Shown here piece by piece: positions 1 to 15,600 of a stretch of DNA of 64,000 nucleotides. Origin of the DNA: Pocillopora damicornis (Eukaryota); assembly GCF_003704095.1 (NCBI RefSeq), contig NW_020843644.1:248001-312000 (forward strand). Reading direction: 5' to 3'. Numbering within the stretch: position 1 is the first letter of the stretch; each line of letters begins with the position of its first letter. A program made the translations under genes and the position numbers. The notes under the pieces were generated by a model. It was not told the origin of the DNA. It did no database searches and saw only the letters and a program-made list of their open reading frames with translations.

Positions 1-2408
1 TCTGATTGGCTCTCAAAAGTTTGATTTAATATCATCATTTTATTTTTTTTTTTGCATTAAACCGCATATTTTTCCTAACCAAAGAGAAAGCTTTTTAATG
101 ACTAAAATGCAACAATCAATCAGAATTCAAGGCTTGTTTAAAGTAACAAATCAGTTTGTAGGAGAATGACTGAAACCTTTTGTAGGCTCATTACTAGATC
201 AATAAAATAATTGTACTGAATTTTAAGATTTCAAAATGGATGTAATAAAGTGGTAATTAAACTGAATCAAAAGCCATTTTGGTCTGAAATCATACTTGTC
301 CCACCAAACTGCACTCCACTCAGTTCAATTACCATTAATTGTTGTAAGTCACCTTCAAAGCAGACATGACCTTCACACTGGAGCTAAGTAGCATTGTGAA
401 ACAAGAGGTTGCTTTCTAACTACTGAGAACTGTGATCACAATAATCACTATCAATGCTCAATAAAATTACTTGATCTAAAATCTATAACATTTAATTCTT
501 TATCACTGAATGATTCAAACAAAAAAGGGACAAACTCCAATAAACACAAACACAAATATGTAGAGCAACCATAGAAGTAGAACTGGATCTAAAAAAGTGG
601 TGGGTCCCCAGGTTTGGTATAATTCGAGTACAGTTGAAGCAAGCATGATTGGTGTCAAACAGAGTTCATTGAACCCCTTGGCTTTAGCCAGCAAGGACAA
701 AAGGATTTCTTGGCATCACAGTCAAGAGTGTCCACTCAGGCAATAGAACACAAAGTTACGTAATAAGGCATCTTGCCTGGCCTCACTGATGGCTTAAATG
801 CATACAAAAAAAAAATTCACAATTCCCATCATCAACTGCAATATTTCAACTCTCAGGTGATGTAAATAAAACAATTATTTTTAATTTAGACAAGGAAACT
901 GGCACATAAATTTAACTAAATTCATGCAACAAAAAATCTTAGAAAAGGAAGCCTTTAGGGATGTGATATTTACGTTCAAATTCTGTGTAGCTGTTTCATA
1001 AATGCAAGATAGTTTGCAAAACAAAGGCATAGAAAAAGCTACTAGGCGTTGAATAAATGATCAGGAAAATATATTTTGTATCTAGCAAATTTTTCTTTAC
1101 ACTTTATGGTTACTCTCCTCTCCTCAGTACAGTATCTTTTCAATACGACTGTGTTGACTACATGCCAGTATGAAAAATAATGCTTAAATTTAAGCGCTAG
1201 ACAGAAATAATCAGCGCGAAAATTCATCAAAATTAACAGCTGAACACATGGAGAACGCGTGTTAGCTCATAAATACATTCACCGATTGCTTCGCTGTCTG
1301 AAGAAGAACACAAAGTGTTTCCGTTCTCTCGATCATTTTTATCTTTCTTATTTCACCCCCNNNNNNNNNNAAAAATAAACCACAATCGGGGAATACAGTC
1401 AATTTTAGACATAAAACCATGAATCTTCTTTAAATCGAGTTCAGAGAGCGTACGGAAGGAGTTCTGTTGTGTAACATTGGACAATTCGCTTACCTCCATT
1501 GTCAGAAAACGACAAATCACGCGCGGCGATTTCGGACAGAAATGGTTCGAATCCCTATCTGTTTCGCGTAATAAAAGGCACACGATTTATCGGAAATTTT
1601 GACAGGAATTTCCAAGCAAAAACGATGTTTGGGTCGTGGCTAGGAACAAGCGAAAAATCATCAGTCATTCCCCAATCTTCCCGCGGACAAAGGCTCCCGA
1701 GTGACCACTCCACTATAAAATATGTAAACAATCCAAACGCGCAAAGCCGAAAAAAAAATGAGTGATTTATTCGATGTTCCGGGAAAAAAAAGCAGCGATA
1801 GCCCTTTAATCAACTTAACGAGACGAAAGCTTGAACACTGGCTGAACATAACGAAGGAATTGTACATTTGCCGAGGAAATCTTCAAACGACTCCAACCCG
1901 TTGCGTGTTAGTGATTACAAAGTTTCATTGTTGACAATGTGACGTAGGGCTTCCCATTTCTGGTTTCAAAATCTTGTCGAAAATCTCTCATTTACTCTCA
2001 TCCGAGCCGGAGCGAAGGAATTCAACAGTTTCTCCAACTTTTTCCCCTTTTCAGAATTCAGGAAATGGAAGCTAACACTTACGAGGAACTATCAAATATA
2101 TTCTCTGAAACAAAGCCCATGTGACTCTGAACCACGAACCAGTCAGCTTTCATTGCTTCAATGACAGTTCGTTTAGTATTGCATAAATTTAGTGTCCCCG
2201 GATCGGAGGTCACGGTAGATTATACCGGAGATATTCGATTCTTAAGACTCCAAATGTGTCTTTCGTTCCTTGGAAAGACTCCATCTGTAACCGTAAGAAA
2301 AGGCTAAAGCTGAAACACAAAACCGTATTGTTGACAATAAATTGAAGAATGTTGCATAATATATCATGAATGACAAATTTAGATAATGAAGACAAACTGT
2401 GAACATAC

Positions 2409-2639
2409 TTTAGGCCGCTTTCGCTGACTTGTCCTTCTGGCAATTTCACTTTCTAAATCGAACATTTCAGCATCGGTTCTTTGGCTCGGACTACCTCCAT
2501 TCTGCCGTTTTTCTTCGAGACTGTTAGAGCCTGACTGACTTGCATTCACACCCTGACCTGGCATATTTGGTTTAGGTGCTATGAAAGGAAGGCCGACTGG
2601 AGGCTTAGGAAGAATTGGAGGTGGATATGAACCCGACAT
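2409..2639 (-). CDS. First coding exon of an unidentified gene with a proline-rich N-terminus; continues leftward, probably beyond the window
   Basis: ATG at 2639 opens MSGSYPPPILPKPPVGLPFIAPKP...RKRPK and ends at a GTATGT donor. A promoter-like motif cluster lies ~170-240 bp upstream. No family recognised. Confidence 0.6.
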
Positions 2640-2799
2640 TATCAAATTCTGGGAGCTACTTGACCTATCTGGCCACTTTTGGACGAGCCTAGTTCAACTT
2701 CTAAGTTTGGAAATAAATTGTGGAAATTGGGTGAAAATTCAGCGTGATAATCTGGCTGAGAGGAATGACAAAGGGCCAGGTGGAATAACAACGTGAATT

Positions 2800-2882
2800 A
2801 CGGCACGTGATTAAAAACCGCCAATCATTGCACGACTACGGCGCATGCGTCTTACCAAATGTAACAATTTCCATAGTAACGG
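2800..2882. promoter_or_regulatory. Promoter motif cluster: E-box, CCAAT, NRF1-like, RFX X-box-like
   Basis: CACGTG 2804-2809; CCAAT 2821-2825; GCGCATGCGT 2841-2850; TTTCCATAGTAAC 2868-2880; directly upstream of the minus-strand ATG. Confidence 0.5.
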
Positions 2883-5800
2883 ATTATTGACAGAATCAAT
2901 ACAATGACTGTTAGATTTCCTTCCTTATATCTTATCAGCCATTTCCATTTTAGAGGCTTAATTGTATTCCACATTCGATCTTAAAACGTGGATGTGGTAA
3001 AACGATCATTAATCGATTGTTTTCGACTGAATCGATTGTGTTTTTTTGCTATATACAATTTCTTTGAGAAGATTAGTACGTCATTGGCACGAGCTTAGCA
3101 ACTGTCACTAAAACCCTTGACAACCAACCATTTCGATTTCATTTTCCTCAAGGTGGATCTGCCGATGTATTTTTGTAAACTTGGTTAAAAATAAAAGGTC
3201 CAATCGAAAACACACACCAATGTGCACAAACTGGAGGCGATGCAAAGTCAGATTAAACTTTCAATGTCGATAAACAGCGCTGTGCGCCAGATGTTCTCGC
3301 CGACGCTATTGACATTTATAAGCACAAGTTCTGACCATTTCCTGTTCTCTTCTCGATATGACTGCCTTCGAAATTATCGATTACAAAAGATTCTCCTTGT
3401 TTAAATATAAAGGAAATCTTAAATATTAACGAGAAACAAACCACATGCAATATTTATGTGCATACACAGGACGCCATAATATCGACGTTTGATTGGTGCA
3501 AATTTCACTTCCCCGCGAGAGGTCAGTTGTGTCAGGGAAATACCTGTTCATTGCTCGTGCTGATATGAATTTATCACGAATGTTGACCTCTATTTACCAT
3601 CTTCGACCGGCTCTCCGATTGAGCAGAAGGAAAAAGCAGATTAAAATTAGTTTAATCAACTTGAAAAACGAATTATCGGCCGAATTTTAGTAAGCCTCCT
3701 TCCGCTGTCAATCAATCAATTGCCTCCAGCAGTTTCTCCTTGGGATTTACGATGTTCCGTCTGAACATTGAGTCTAACTTGGAACAAGACTGAACATGTA
3801 TTCTGGAACGTTCTGATATTTTCAAATTTCATACGTCCAACGGAGCTTTAGGGAGGAGAATTATTGTTGGCTGTAACCAACAGACCATGAAAATTATGCC
3901 ATCGCGTGTGTTACTCTGACAATACATTTATTTATTGTATACAAGTTCAATTACATCTCTGTCACCATATGATCTTTCAAAAGCCTCTAATAAGAATTGG
4001 ATAAGCATTATTCAACGAGTCATTAGGAGATTTTAATCTCTTAAAAGAGATTTTTCCAATATCTGGTCAATTTTGTTTGTCAGGAAACGAGCTCAAACTA
4101 AAAACATCAAAAGCACATGGGGTATTCGGCTTCTTAAGTGTTTCGCTACCCTGGCTCAATGAATAGTGCATGTGCTATTAGCCCGTCTCAGTTTCTGAGA
4201 TGTTGTCCTTGACCTCACTTTGCCATTACTATATTTATGTTTACATCAGAGTGCGGGCCTTTTATTGAGACATCTTCAACAGAGCTAAAGCAAGAACTCT
4301 TTCCAGTATCGGAACATTATTTAGTCAGATGAAAAGATGAATCTGAAAGGTTTCGAATTTTTCAATATCAGTAACAAAACAGAAATTCACAAATGAATAT
4401 TGGACGGGCAAAAAACTTCGCTCAGAAACAGAAGACCATCATCCAACCTTTACATCGGGTTTATTTGCGTATGAGAACGCTCGGCTTAATCTGTTTACCG
4501 TAGGATAACTGTAGTCTGTGATGGAGTAATCTTGCAGTCATTCACCCGATAGGGATATCTATATGTGTCCGACTCAAATAAGGCCCAAAAAAATATCAAA
4601 CTGGTTTAACTTGATGAAATTCGTTTACACCCACCTTGATAAATTAAGAGTTTCCTGGGAAAAATCCAGAAAAAATCAGCTTTAAGCCATCCTCGTACTC
4701 ATAAATTTGAGCCATATTTAAATCTCTCCATCAGACGACCAATGCCCACGATTAGTTGCTTCCACACCATTACAGCAGACTCCCCCTGACCTTTAGTTTC
4801 AAGCCTGAGATAGAAAGGCTGGCACAGATCCGTTGCCTGGAAATCAAAGAGAAGTTGAAGGAAACAAACAGTCCACCACCACGAAGGCTCTGAACTCTTT
4901 AGTTCATGAGGTGACTTAAAGGATAATTTTCGCCCGGGCATTGTTGTAGAAATAAAAGATTGAAACAGAGATTGCCGATAAAGAACAATTATGTACTTGT
5001 TGTGTAAAATATTATCCTGAAGCTCATAAGAATAACGGTTTAACACTGACCTTGAGGACCCACTCGAATCATGCAGTAACGAGGGGGTCATCTTCATCTT
5101 CCCTCTCTACCCGATCAGTTATGTTCGTTGTGGCATGCACTCTGAACTCTTTACCGGAAAGTCTGGGCTGAGATAAGATGTCTTCGGGAACACAAACTTC
5201 AGTCATCTTGTCCAATTAATTTGTTCTGTCTTTTTCGTTTTTCGTTATTCCCATCCATATCGTCAATAAAAAAAGTGACTAACCTGATCGATCACCGGCG
5301 GCTGATAAATTGTTGGAAATAAAGCATTTAAGGGAGTCTATCAGTGATGTTAGAATCACGTTTTGCAATTCTTAATACATTTTTTTTCCACCCTTTAAAA
5401 GAAAAGATTTTAATTGAAAAGGATTGGACAACGATCTGCGCCCTTGCTGGGTGTTGTATTGTCGTGAAAAGACAGACGCTACTTTCACGGAGGTCCCGTA
5501 TACTCACCCAGGTATATATAGGTATCAGTAGACTGTAGTGGAAACTCGACAATTCTTGTAGGCAAGTTCTCAGCAAAGAACTATCATAAAATATCTTCGG
5601 AGGGTCAATTCTCTACTCACCTCTTTTAATAGAAGCCGGGACTGATCGATTCACTCCTTTAACTTTTCATTCCAAGGAGTGACAAGAACCCACTGTGAAT
5701 GTCTCTATACATAATCACCACTGAATCAAAAATGAAGGTTCGGAGAATACGGGAAATAACCAATCACTTAAGACGCTCTTAATTTTTTTGAAAAAATTAT

Positions 5801-6677
5801 CCTTGACGATACTAGAGGAAATGTCTCTAGAACAGTATGGAGAACATACAAACTGATGCAAGGGCCACAGCCTGGTGTAAAGGTTAAACCAAATGCTGAA
5901 AGGGTTGTAAGGCAAAACTGTGAAAGTTACAGAGATCTCTTCTTACAAAATATTCCCAGTCGGATTAAGTAATTTGTGGTTCTTTCTTAGTTTTGATCAC
6001 GTACTAGTGGAAGTATAGAAGTGGTTGAAATCTGCATTTTAATAACCTCCCTTGAGTTAGTCCTAGATTTTTTGAACAGTTCATAATCTCGTGGATAGTC
6101 TCAACTGATACTGGATTGTCAATTTTATATTTGCAAGCACGGCAAAGGACCAGGAGTGAAAACTTAAGGAGCTCATCGCATTTAAGTTTAGGTCATAACT
6201 CTTAAATATAACATTTCAGGAAGCTTAACTTCCTGTCAATTTTGTTAAAATCTTTAAAACTTATTTCCTCGACGAAAGGTAACAGAATCTTTTTCTTTAT
6301 TTGAAGAGGACTTTCTTGCATTAGGTCATTAGTTTGGCTTAGAACTGTTCAGGCTATATCCATTTGATGAATATTGATTCGCAGACTTGCAATCCAAAAA
6401 AATGTTAAGATATTTTCCGTCTCAAGAGGTGTTGAGGAAAGTATGCAAATTTCCTTGTTCCCAGTTCCTTTCAACTTTGTTGAACAAAGCGAAATGAGTT
6501 GTTCCTTTGGCGTCCGATGTTAATATGGTTGTGTTTGCGGAGTAAATTGTGTCTGAAATTCAAATATGGCTACCAAGGAAATGGACTCGTAAGATAGATG
6601 CTTTTTTTGTCGTTCTTTTAATTTCACAGCTGTTACTGACTGAAGTGTTGTTTTTCTTCCTCCACAGAACAGTCCAA

Positions 6678-9600
6678 ATGCGGCTCTACACTCTTACTAA
6701 GCGGCAGTTTGTTTTGGTCTTCGTCTCGTTTTTCGTGGCTTTTTTCCTCACAGTTATCATTGGAATTGCAGGTGTGTCGCCATTAGTGAAGCTAATTTAA
6801 TGTACAAAGCAGAGAAAAAGGCCTCTTCGTGTATCTGGGGGGTATTCGAGCATTGGAAAAAGCGGCAAATTTTGCAGCCGCAGTAATCTAGTCAGGCAAT
6901 GGCTCAACGATTTGGTTATAGCGGCTAGACAGCCTATGAAATTCCCATTGTACTTATAATCTGTATTTTTACTGAATATGTCTTAAAACGACACATTAAA
7001 ATGGCTGGAGTTATCTCCAATCTTATAAGAATGGTCTTTTTCAGAATTGAACCAGTAAAATCCTCTGGCAGTGAAAATAAATTATTACAGGTCAATGATC
7101 AAAGTCCTGACTTTCCTTAATGACAAATTTTAAGTTCAGACGTGTTTTCTCGCGAGTTATCGGTTGCCTCGGTGTTCAGGGGCGCTTACAAATATGAACA
7201 ATCAATTTGTTAACATTTTGGGCGAAGAGCGTCTTTCGCTTCTGATCCCAAAACGAATGAATACTGCTCAGTTAATAAAAGTACTTGAAAATTCAGCACT
7301 AAAATTAATCCTCTAAGAATAGAGAATTTACATAAGCTTAGCTCTGATCAATGTATGCGGTTCTACGTTTTGCAATATTTATTCACAATTGATTGGTTAC
7401 AACATTAGTCTAACTAACCTTGATTATATTTCAGCATCATGCTTCTCTTAAATTGTTCGTTAAGGAAGTTAACCAAATTGAAATTTGATATCAGAAGAAT
7501 TCCGTTTCCATTGATAGTGGGTGTAACATATTCATGTACGCTTTCTCTTTAAAAACCATATTATCTTAGCTGATTTAAACCAACTGTATTGATTTGAAAT
7601 AATTAGAAAGTCACAGCAGTTACCTTGAAGGTTGATGACATAAAAATTTGATATACATGACAAACTGAATTTAGAGGCACCAAGCTTTTAAAAATAGTTG
7701 TCTTGAAAACAATTTGAAAATTTGAAAACACTTCTTTAATATCCATATAGCCTTATGACATCTTCAATATTTCAAGCATAATTTTTGTTGCAAGTCACAC
7801 TGCATGAAATAAGCAGATATTCTAATTGTTTGGTGAATTCATTTACATGGGGTGTAAAGAAATACTTGTGACTCAACTGTGATTGTAAAACTAGGCAGAA
7901 TCAGTATAGATCTGTGTCTGTTGAAACATAGTGACACAAATATTTGAATAGTGTTTTATTCTGTACTCAACTCAAATTATATGATATATTAGAGCATATA
8001 AATCAAAGTAAAAGTTTATTGTTAAATTTTTATGGCTTACTGAGCAAGGTATGAGTTTTGCAAACTTTGACTGGCTTTAGTCGGTTTGTTGCTGTTTTGT
8101 CAACTCAATTTTTTACTCTCCACTGATTATCACAACCTGTCTTGACTCATGATTCCAGATATCTTAACTCGCTCCTCTTGAACATCAGCATACATATTCT
8201 CTTTAATATTCTCTATACATTTCTAAGGGTGCTGTTCTTTTGTTTTATTGACTTCAGGGTAGTTAATTCATTGATTAATGCAACTCTGTGATTGAATCAA
8301 TCATGTTTAAGATATTTCTAGAAGTATTTTAGTGTTATTATTGATGTAAGAGTGTAAGGTTGAAACTGTTTTATTTCTTACTTAAGTCAACTGTTTTCAT
8401 TTGCTTCTTTTTACAGGACCTCGCATTATTGTTGAACATACCCAAAGTGCATCAAACCTTCACGTACCAAGCGGAAAGTTGTCGGTGAGTAGATTTACAT
8501 GTAGTTCATATGTAATGAGTACACCTTAATTGATGGTTTAGCATATAATAATGCAGATATTTGCAAGTTGTGTAGCACTTGAAGGGGCAAGGAAACATAC
8601 AAGCAATCAGCAAGTTGTTTTCAAAATAACATGTTTTAAATTTAAGTATTTAAAGAGATCAATGTACAACTACTCATCCACTATGCAAATTTATCCTTGA
8701 CATTAAAGATGGTTAACAAATTGAATTACTGCAAAATCAAAACATGGGGTTTGCTTCCCTGCTGTTGTTAAAGTGTAAGTTTAAAGTTTTTAGTTCTTCT
8801 TTCATCTACAGACTGGGCCATTTCAGATAGACACAGGTATCCTATCAACTTTCAATCAACAACTTTGGTTACTTTGCCAGATCAAACTGAATGGAACAAA
8901 AGCAGGTATACCGTAATATTGTTTTGAAATTGAGTATAAAAGCATTATCAGGTGTGTCATTATAAAATTTGATAGGTGTATGATGTTAGCTGAGTATGTG
9001 GCTGAATTGAATATTGCTTGTATAGGAAGCATGACATGTTGCAAAGCAACATGCAAAAAAAGTTAAATTTTAAACATTCTGAGATTTTGAAACATTCTGA
9101 GATTTATGCTAAATATGCCCTGGCAGTATTCTGGCAGAGCATATTTTAATATACATTGATTTCAAAATCAGTTCAAAGGTACACCTGCACTTATTTCTTT
9201 TCTCTTAAGTTTCCTGAGCTGTCTACACCACTAATAGTTTAAGCACTGTACTTCCTGTATACTGCCTACTAGCTTCAGTTGACAACCGTGATTATTGTGA
9301 AAGTTGTAAGAAAATCTAGCTTATCAGTTTACTAAACAAACTGTATTAAAGCTGAATATTGCTTTTTGGGTATTGCTGAGTGAAATCTATTTTCTGAGTG
9401 CAATACATGTGAGACTAAAAAATGATTTTCACATCAAAAGATTAAGAGCTGCTCTTATTCTCATCTTACAAAAGAGCATTGGGGGATCCTAGAAATTGCC
9501 TTTTTTTTACTAATACATGTATTTCTTGCATGTTTTTGTCATTTTTTTGTAGGGGCATCATTCTCAGACAGTTTTCACCTGAGTGTTAAGATTTATGGAA

Positions 9601-12600
9601 GAGCCAAGGACAGTAGTTATCATTTAATAGCTGAAACTCCTTTCAACAGGACTCGCCAGTTGCAATGTCAAAAGGTTTGAGGTTCTTTGCTTATTTTCTT
9701 GTTGTTATTATTATTAAGTTGATCTTCATAGTCTATGGCCCTGTTCACACTGCAGTCAATACATTTGAAGATGGGGTTTTCCCCCTGAAATTTTAAATAA
9801 AGAACAGGATATTACACAAATTTCTTTTGATCACACACAAATAATATGCAGTGCTGAGTCTCAATAAAGCAATTACATCAAGATTGAGTCAAAGAGGTTT
9901 TGACAATTGTTAAGTTTTGTTTACCTTCTACTACCTATACTATTTTTTTATTCCAGTCATCAGCAACTATAAGCTACATCTGCAATTAATGGTAGTTAAA
10001 TTAACTATTTTTGGTCAATTTTGCAACATTATTGAAACAAAACAGTCAACCGAGCATAACTGATTTCTAAATATAAGTACTACAATGTATTATTGTGTGA
10101 TTTGGCCACCTTAGTTTGCGAAAAAAGTGTTTGAATAGAAAGTTACAAGAATTAGTTCTCAACAAAAATTACTATAATGTAAAATGGGAAAGTTGCCCTT
10201 GCATAACACACACACACACACACACTAAAAATTCCAATATCCAAAATTTTCATCCTCTAAAGTCCATTACAGAAAAAAGTTATATTAAGAACTATTTGAT
10301 AGGTACTGAATAGCAAACTGGCCTCAGGTGAAATACTATTAAATTCCAGGTTTACATGTTTTAATTTATTGTCTGGTTACCCTTTTGGTTCCAGGAATGC
10401 AATCCTTTGGTTATTTTACATCTTGGATATCTTGATTATCCATCATATGTGGCAACGGTCAACTTTCATGGCCTCCAATTCCCTAAAGGAATAGATATTA
10501 GAGACATTGATTTTGTGGTAAGCCTTTGTACTTGAGATATGAAATTGTGAGTTGTTCATCAGTGTTTTTTATAAGATATCAATGTGAATGTGTTAAAGGG
10601 AAGAGGAAATAATGTAATTTAAAGCTCATATTAGACATGTAATTTGCATTGGCAGAAAAATTATTTGATTCACCACTATTTTCTCAAACATGTGACACAA
10701 TAGTTTTATATTCAAGTTAGTTTTTTCATAATTTGGAGTTAAATAGCTGTGAATAAATGATACATTTACATCTTACATTGGGGTTCAATAAGCTAGCATG
10801 TAAAATTACCTTTAATTTGAAAGAAGCCACAGAATTTTAGTTTGGTTCGATAGAAAAACATCAAAATGGAAATTATGAACAAAAATGGAATGAGGATCAT
10901 TAGAAAGGAAAGGGTTGATGCAGATTGTAAATTGAGATATTTACAAATGAATGCATAGCTTCATCAATTCTTCACCTGTAAAATGTTTTCAGAGGTGCAA
11001 CAAACTAATGACTAACTGTTCACTTTGATTGCAGTTGAAACATTACAGTGCTGATTTCAGTCAAGTTGAAATCTGGTTCAGATTTGTATTCCTTGTCCTT
11101 ACATTCATGGTTACAGTAAGTACCTGGTTGAAAGTGATGTTAACTTGTTTTCAAATAGAGAACTGTTCCTAAAAGATGAACTGTAATTAAAAACAGGGCA
11201 GGAAAAAAAGTTTGAAAAAGTTTTAAGGTTTTAGCTAGGATCAAATCCCAACATCACAATAGGGTGGAGCCACAATCTTTGCTTAAGAGCTTTATTTTGG
11301 GAGTGTGGCAACTTTGCATGGGTTCTATGTTTGCTGCCAAGGGATCCAGCCAAACAACTGACAGTTAGGATCATCAAACTAAAATTTAAGTCCTCTATAA
11401 ATATCCAAAATTCACCACAGATAATTATATTTAAGGAAATGACTAATGTAGCCCTCAGGTCTCTGGAAGATCATCGAATTGTGATTTTTTTGGTTTCAGT
11501 GTATGTTTGCTCACTCATTGAGAAGATTTCCATTACGAGAGTGGTCTATAGAACAGAAGTAAGGAACTTGCATAGTCTCTCAATGCAGTAATTCTGGCTT
11601 TTAACTTTGATATTATTATTTATGCATCATATCAATTGCATTGTTAATCAACCTTGAGACAATTTTTTTAAATTCATGAATGGAATTTTTTTGCTGCTAG
11701 TAACATGTAAATGAAGAATTGCATGTAATATCAAGGGAAAGAATCAATAAGCCAAGTTTATTTCAGTTTATTGGTAACTTACAAGCTTTTGTTACCTACA
11801 ATTATTTATAAAAACACTGTTTAAAGAGCACCTGTGTAGTTTTGAATATGGTGGAAATGTTTCCTATTGGCTGCAACTCCTGACGTTCATCTTAGTTTAG
11901 GCAACAAGTTTCAAGCATGTGTTTCTCCATGCTTGAACTGGATGAATAGATATCCACATGTTGTTGAGTTGATAATGAGATTATTGTAAACTTTTTCTGA
12001 AAGCTTTTTTTGCTGATAATCGGGTCTAGAATCATACTTGAAAAAAAATATTGTTTGTGCAAAAAAATCTGTGACAGTCTTACATACAATTAAGTGTCTC
12101 TAAATCTAATAAATTTCTCTTTGTTCAGATGGATGTCACTTCTTCTTCCACTACTGCTGTTGTACAATGGTAAGTGATTTCCTTCAACCTTTTCATTGCC
12201 AGGAGTGATCAATAAGTTATTGTGCTAGAAAGCATCAAGACTCTGTCAAATAAAAAGATCACAAAGAGAAAGTAAAATATCAACTTGAGCTGCTGATTAA
12301 TTCAACAACTACTTATTTTAAGATACAAACACACGAGAAATGTATGACAGACAGTAAGGAGAATTGATAGATGTCAAAATCTTGGGTTGAAAATTCTGAG
12401 GGAGTGTTTTCATCTCAGCTCAGCTGGTGCAGAAAACTTTTCCTCCATGGGGATGATCTATATTTTGGCTGATAACAGAGTTCTGCAATGAGGTTGCACA
12501 ACTTTTGAGGAGCTGTTAGGAATAAATTAAGGTGATATATGGAAGTTAAATTTGAGCACAAAGTAAGAGACTGGTAGTGCTTCATTTAAGTTTTACAGCA

Positions 12601-15600
12601 CACATTTATTTCTCTTCTCCCTTTTTAACATTTCAGTCTCTGTCAGAAATGTTTCCAAACCAACCACAGACATTTCTTTTTGTTTTGTTGTAAACAGAAG
12701 GAGTTATGTTCACCGCCTTATACACTATTCCTAACCTTAAACAAGGAGTGATGCAACTACTTAGACAATCCACTGAAAACTCTTTTCAGCTCTTAAATTA
12801 TACTAGTCTTATTGTTTTCATTATGGTTTTTTTTTCAATAGACCCATTATTTCCTCTCAACTTCCTGGTGAACAGTTGGGTTCCTGGGATGTTTGATTCA
12901 GTGTTCCAGGCATCATTTCTCTGTGGCCTGTTGCTCTTCTGGCTTTGTGCCTTCCATGGCATCAGACAGGTTTTTAAAATTTTCTTCTTATTATCAGTAT
13001 GGAAGAGGTGATTTTTCTATTGCAGAAAATTTTGAAATGAGTTCTGAAAGATCAGATGCAGCAGTGGTGTTACTTTCAACGAGTTATAATCAGATATTCC
13101 TTTTTGAGAAAAGTCCTCCTCTTTCATGGTTCCCTTTCTCTCAAAAAGAATGCCTGAGTGTTAGATGTAATAGACAGCTGACTTCAGTACATTGTTAAGA
13201 CCCAGTTTTTAAAGACATTATTTGCCTTTCTGGACTTGAATGGATTGAAAAGACAGCATGTTTGAGGCTTTTCCCAATTGGTTGGTGTGTATGAAAAATT
13301 TCTTGCTCTCTTAATGAAGAGCAACATCCAGTCTAGTCATGGAATTGGGGTAGTTGCATTTGTGGTTGAGTAGTACTCTTAAGGTAGTGAATTATGTGAA
13401 ACAACTCATTGAAATCCTTTTTTTTTTTTTACTTAAAACAGAGTGAAAGAAAATTAAGTTTCTATCTCCCAAAAGTTCTCATAGTTGGCCTTCTATGGAT
13501 TGCATCATTCACCCTGTCATCTTGGCAACAGTAAGTTTTCATTTGAAGGGTACATAGGAAGAAGCTTACACTGACTTGTGATAGATAACCAAAAAGTTCT
13601 TTCAAGTGTTTTTTTCCTTTCTGAAACGCAGNNNNNNNNNNAAAAGCCATTTAAAGCTTTATTTGCACAAATCTTTGGTTTCCTAATGAAAAAAAACATT
13701 CCATTTTCTTCTTGAAGCTTTGTTGATTTGGTTGTTCAGTAATTATGTTAGCAACCATCTGAAAGAGTATCTTATTGGCAAATGGGGTTGTAATAATGCT
13801 GCACCTGAATAATCTTATATGCTGCTTAAGCCTTTGAAAAAAGTGTAAAGTACACAGTGCAACAAAGGGTACTGCATTCATTTATTTCCTGGATCAGTTT
13901 GAACTACAGTCATGGTTGACCTCTCTAAGGAGGAGGGTGGAAATATTAAGGTGATCTGATGAAAGATACTTCTTTCTTGACAGGTATAATGAGTTACAAG
14001 ATCCCACGTACCAATACAAGATAGATATTGGCCATTTTATGGTAAGAAAGCACAGGATGTTGAAAATGTAATACAGGAGTTTTGTCATGATAAGTGAAAA
14101 TTTGTCATTAGCTATCTATGTTAACCCTTTAACTCCCAAGATCTGATTGTTAGTTCTCCCCTCTGGCTGCTGCACATTTCCTTTTTAGTCACAAAAACAA
14201 GAATGTGGTGTTAGATCAAGACTACTAACTTCTACCCAATAAGTTTGAGTATTCTCATTGCATGTTGGCTGGATAATGTGTGGATGTTATTGAGAGAAGA
14301 TGGAAATTTTGCTGGTTTTAATTTTGGTGGATTTTGCTGAATTTCCTCAATCTGCAAGAATAAATTCCCTCAAAAAAATTCTGGGTATATCCATAGTGAA
14401 ATTAAAGACTCTCTTCACAGATTTCTTGTCTTGCATCTGTGGTTTGTAATGATTATTTAGATGCATGCTCATCTCTGAATGTTGTGACCATTTTTCACAG
14501 GGTCTGAAGGTGATGTTCTTCACTATTGGTGCCATTTACCTGGTGTATTTGATCTACCTGTTATTCAGGGCATACAGTGAGCTCAGAGCCATGCCTTACT
14601 TTGGTAAGTTGGATATTGATGTGAGACAAAAAAGAGAAGTAGTCATCTATTAAATTTCCTTTTCAGAATCTTAACAGTTTTACAACACATGCTGTCAAAT
14701 GTGAGTTAAGTCATGCAGTGTCTAAGATGAAAAATGGCAATTTTTATTTGCCTGATTTTTTTAATTCTTGTTTTTTTCCCTTGTTGAGGTAATTGGAATT
14801 GAAAGTAATGTTGTTGTAATCAAAGGTAATTCTTAACTCCAAATGCTGATCAAGATTTGTTTTTTTCAATATGGCAGTCATTTATCAAAAAAACATTCAA
14901 CTAGAGTTGGATATCAGTACAGCTGTATGTGGCAGTAAAAGTCAGCCCTCCACCTGTCAACTTACAAGCAATTAGCCTAAATTAACTTATCTGTTAAAGT
15001 TCTCCCAATTTGTGTTCACAGATGTTCGCCTTAAGTTCCTCACAGGTCTTATGCTGATTGTATTGACAATAAGGTATGCAGGATAATCTTTGTTATAAGT
15101 TTAACAGTGACTAACCATACTTTACATGTAATGGTAATCAATTGATTCTGGGTGCTGTTTGCAATACATGTATATAGGGACCAGTAAACTTTTCAAAGAC
15201 CTAAAACCAATGAAATAAGGTGCAATTTGATGTCTTTGAACAGTTTATGAGCTGGTGGGATTATCATTAACTTATTTCCTCCAATAAGCACTTATGCGCT
15301 TTTTCAAAATTTCAGATACAAGGAGGGAAGACGACACTTAATTGAGGGGGTGCTTATTATTCTCCTGTATTGATTCCCTTGCTGTTAAAGTTCAAAAAAT
15401 TGTAAATGAAATGGCAATAGAAACAGGTTTTCCTTGTATCCCTACTATTGAAGAAATTTTAAGGAGTAGTGGGGCACTTATTTGGGCATGAGTGCTTATT
15501 TGAAGAAATACAGTTTTCATCAAATAATTTTTATGGCAACTTTCTGTTCACAATTTCAACCCTTCAGGGTTTGGCATTGATTGATAGCTCCACAGCCATA

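Noticed and set aside
3800-3814. Isolated perfect HSE (aTTCtgGAAcgTTCt)
   Set aside because: A single site with no adjacent TATA box or chaperone gene; about one is expected by chance in a window this size.
4699-5170. 132-aa minus ORF in a GC-richer stretch
   Set aside because: No recognisable domain or convincing splice context; other frames contain multiple stops.
5344-6278. Candidate upstream coding exons for TMEM181 (donors at ~5512 and ~6279)
   Set aside because: In the required phase both contain upstream in-frame stops; they could be UTR exons but cannot be supported.
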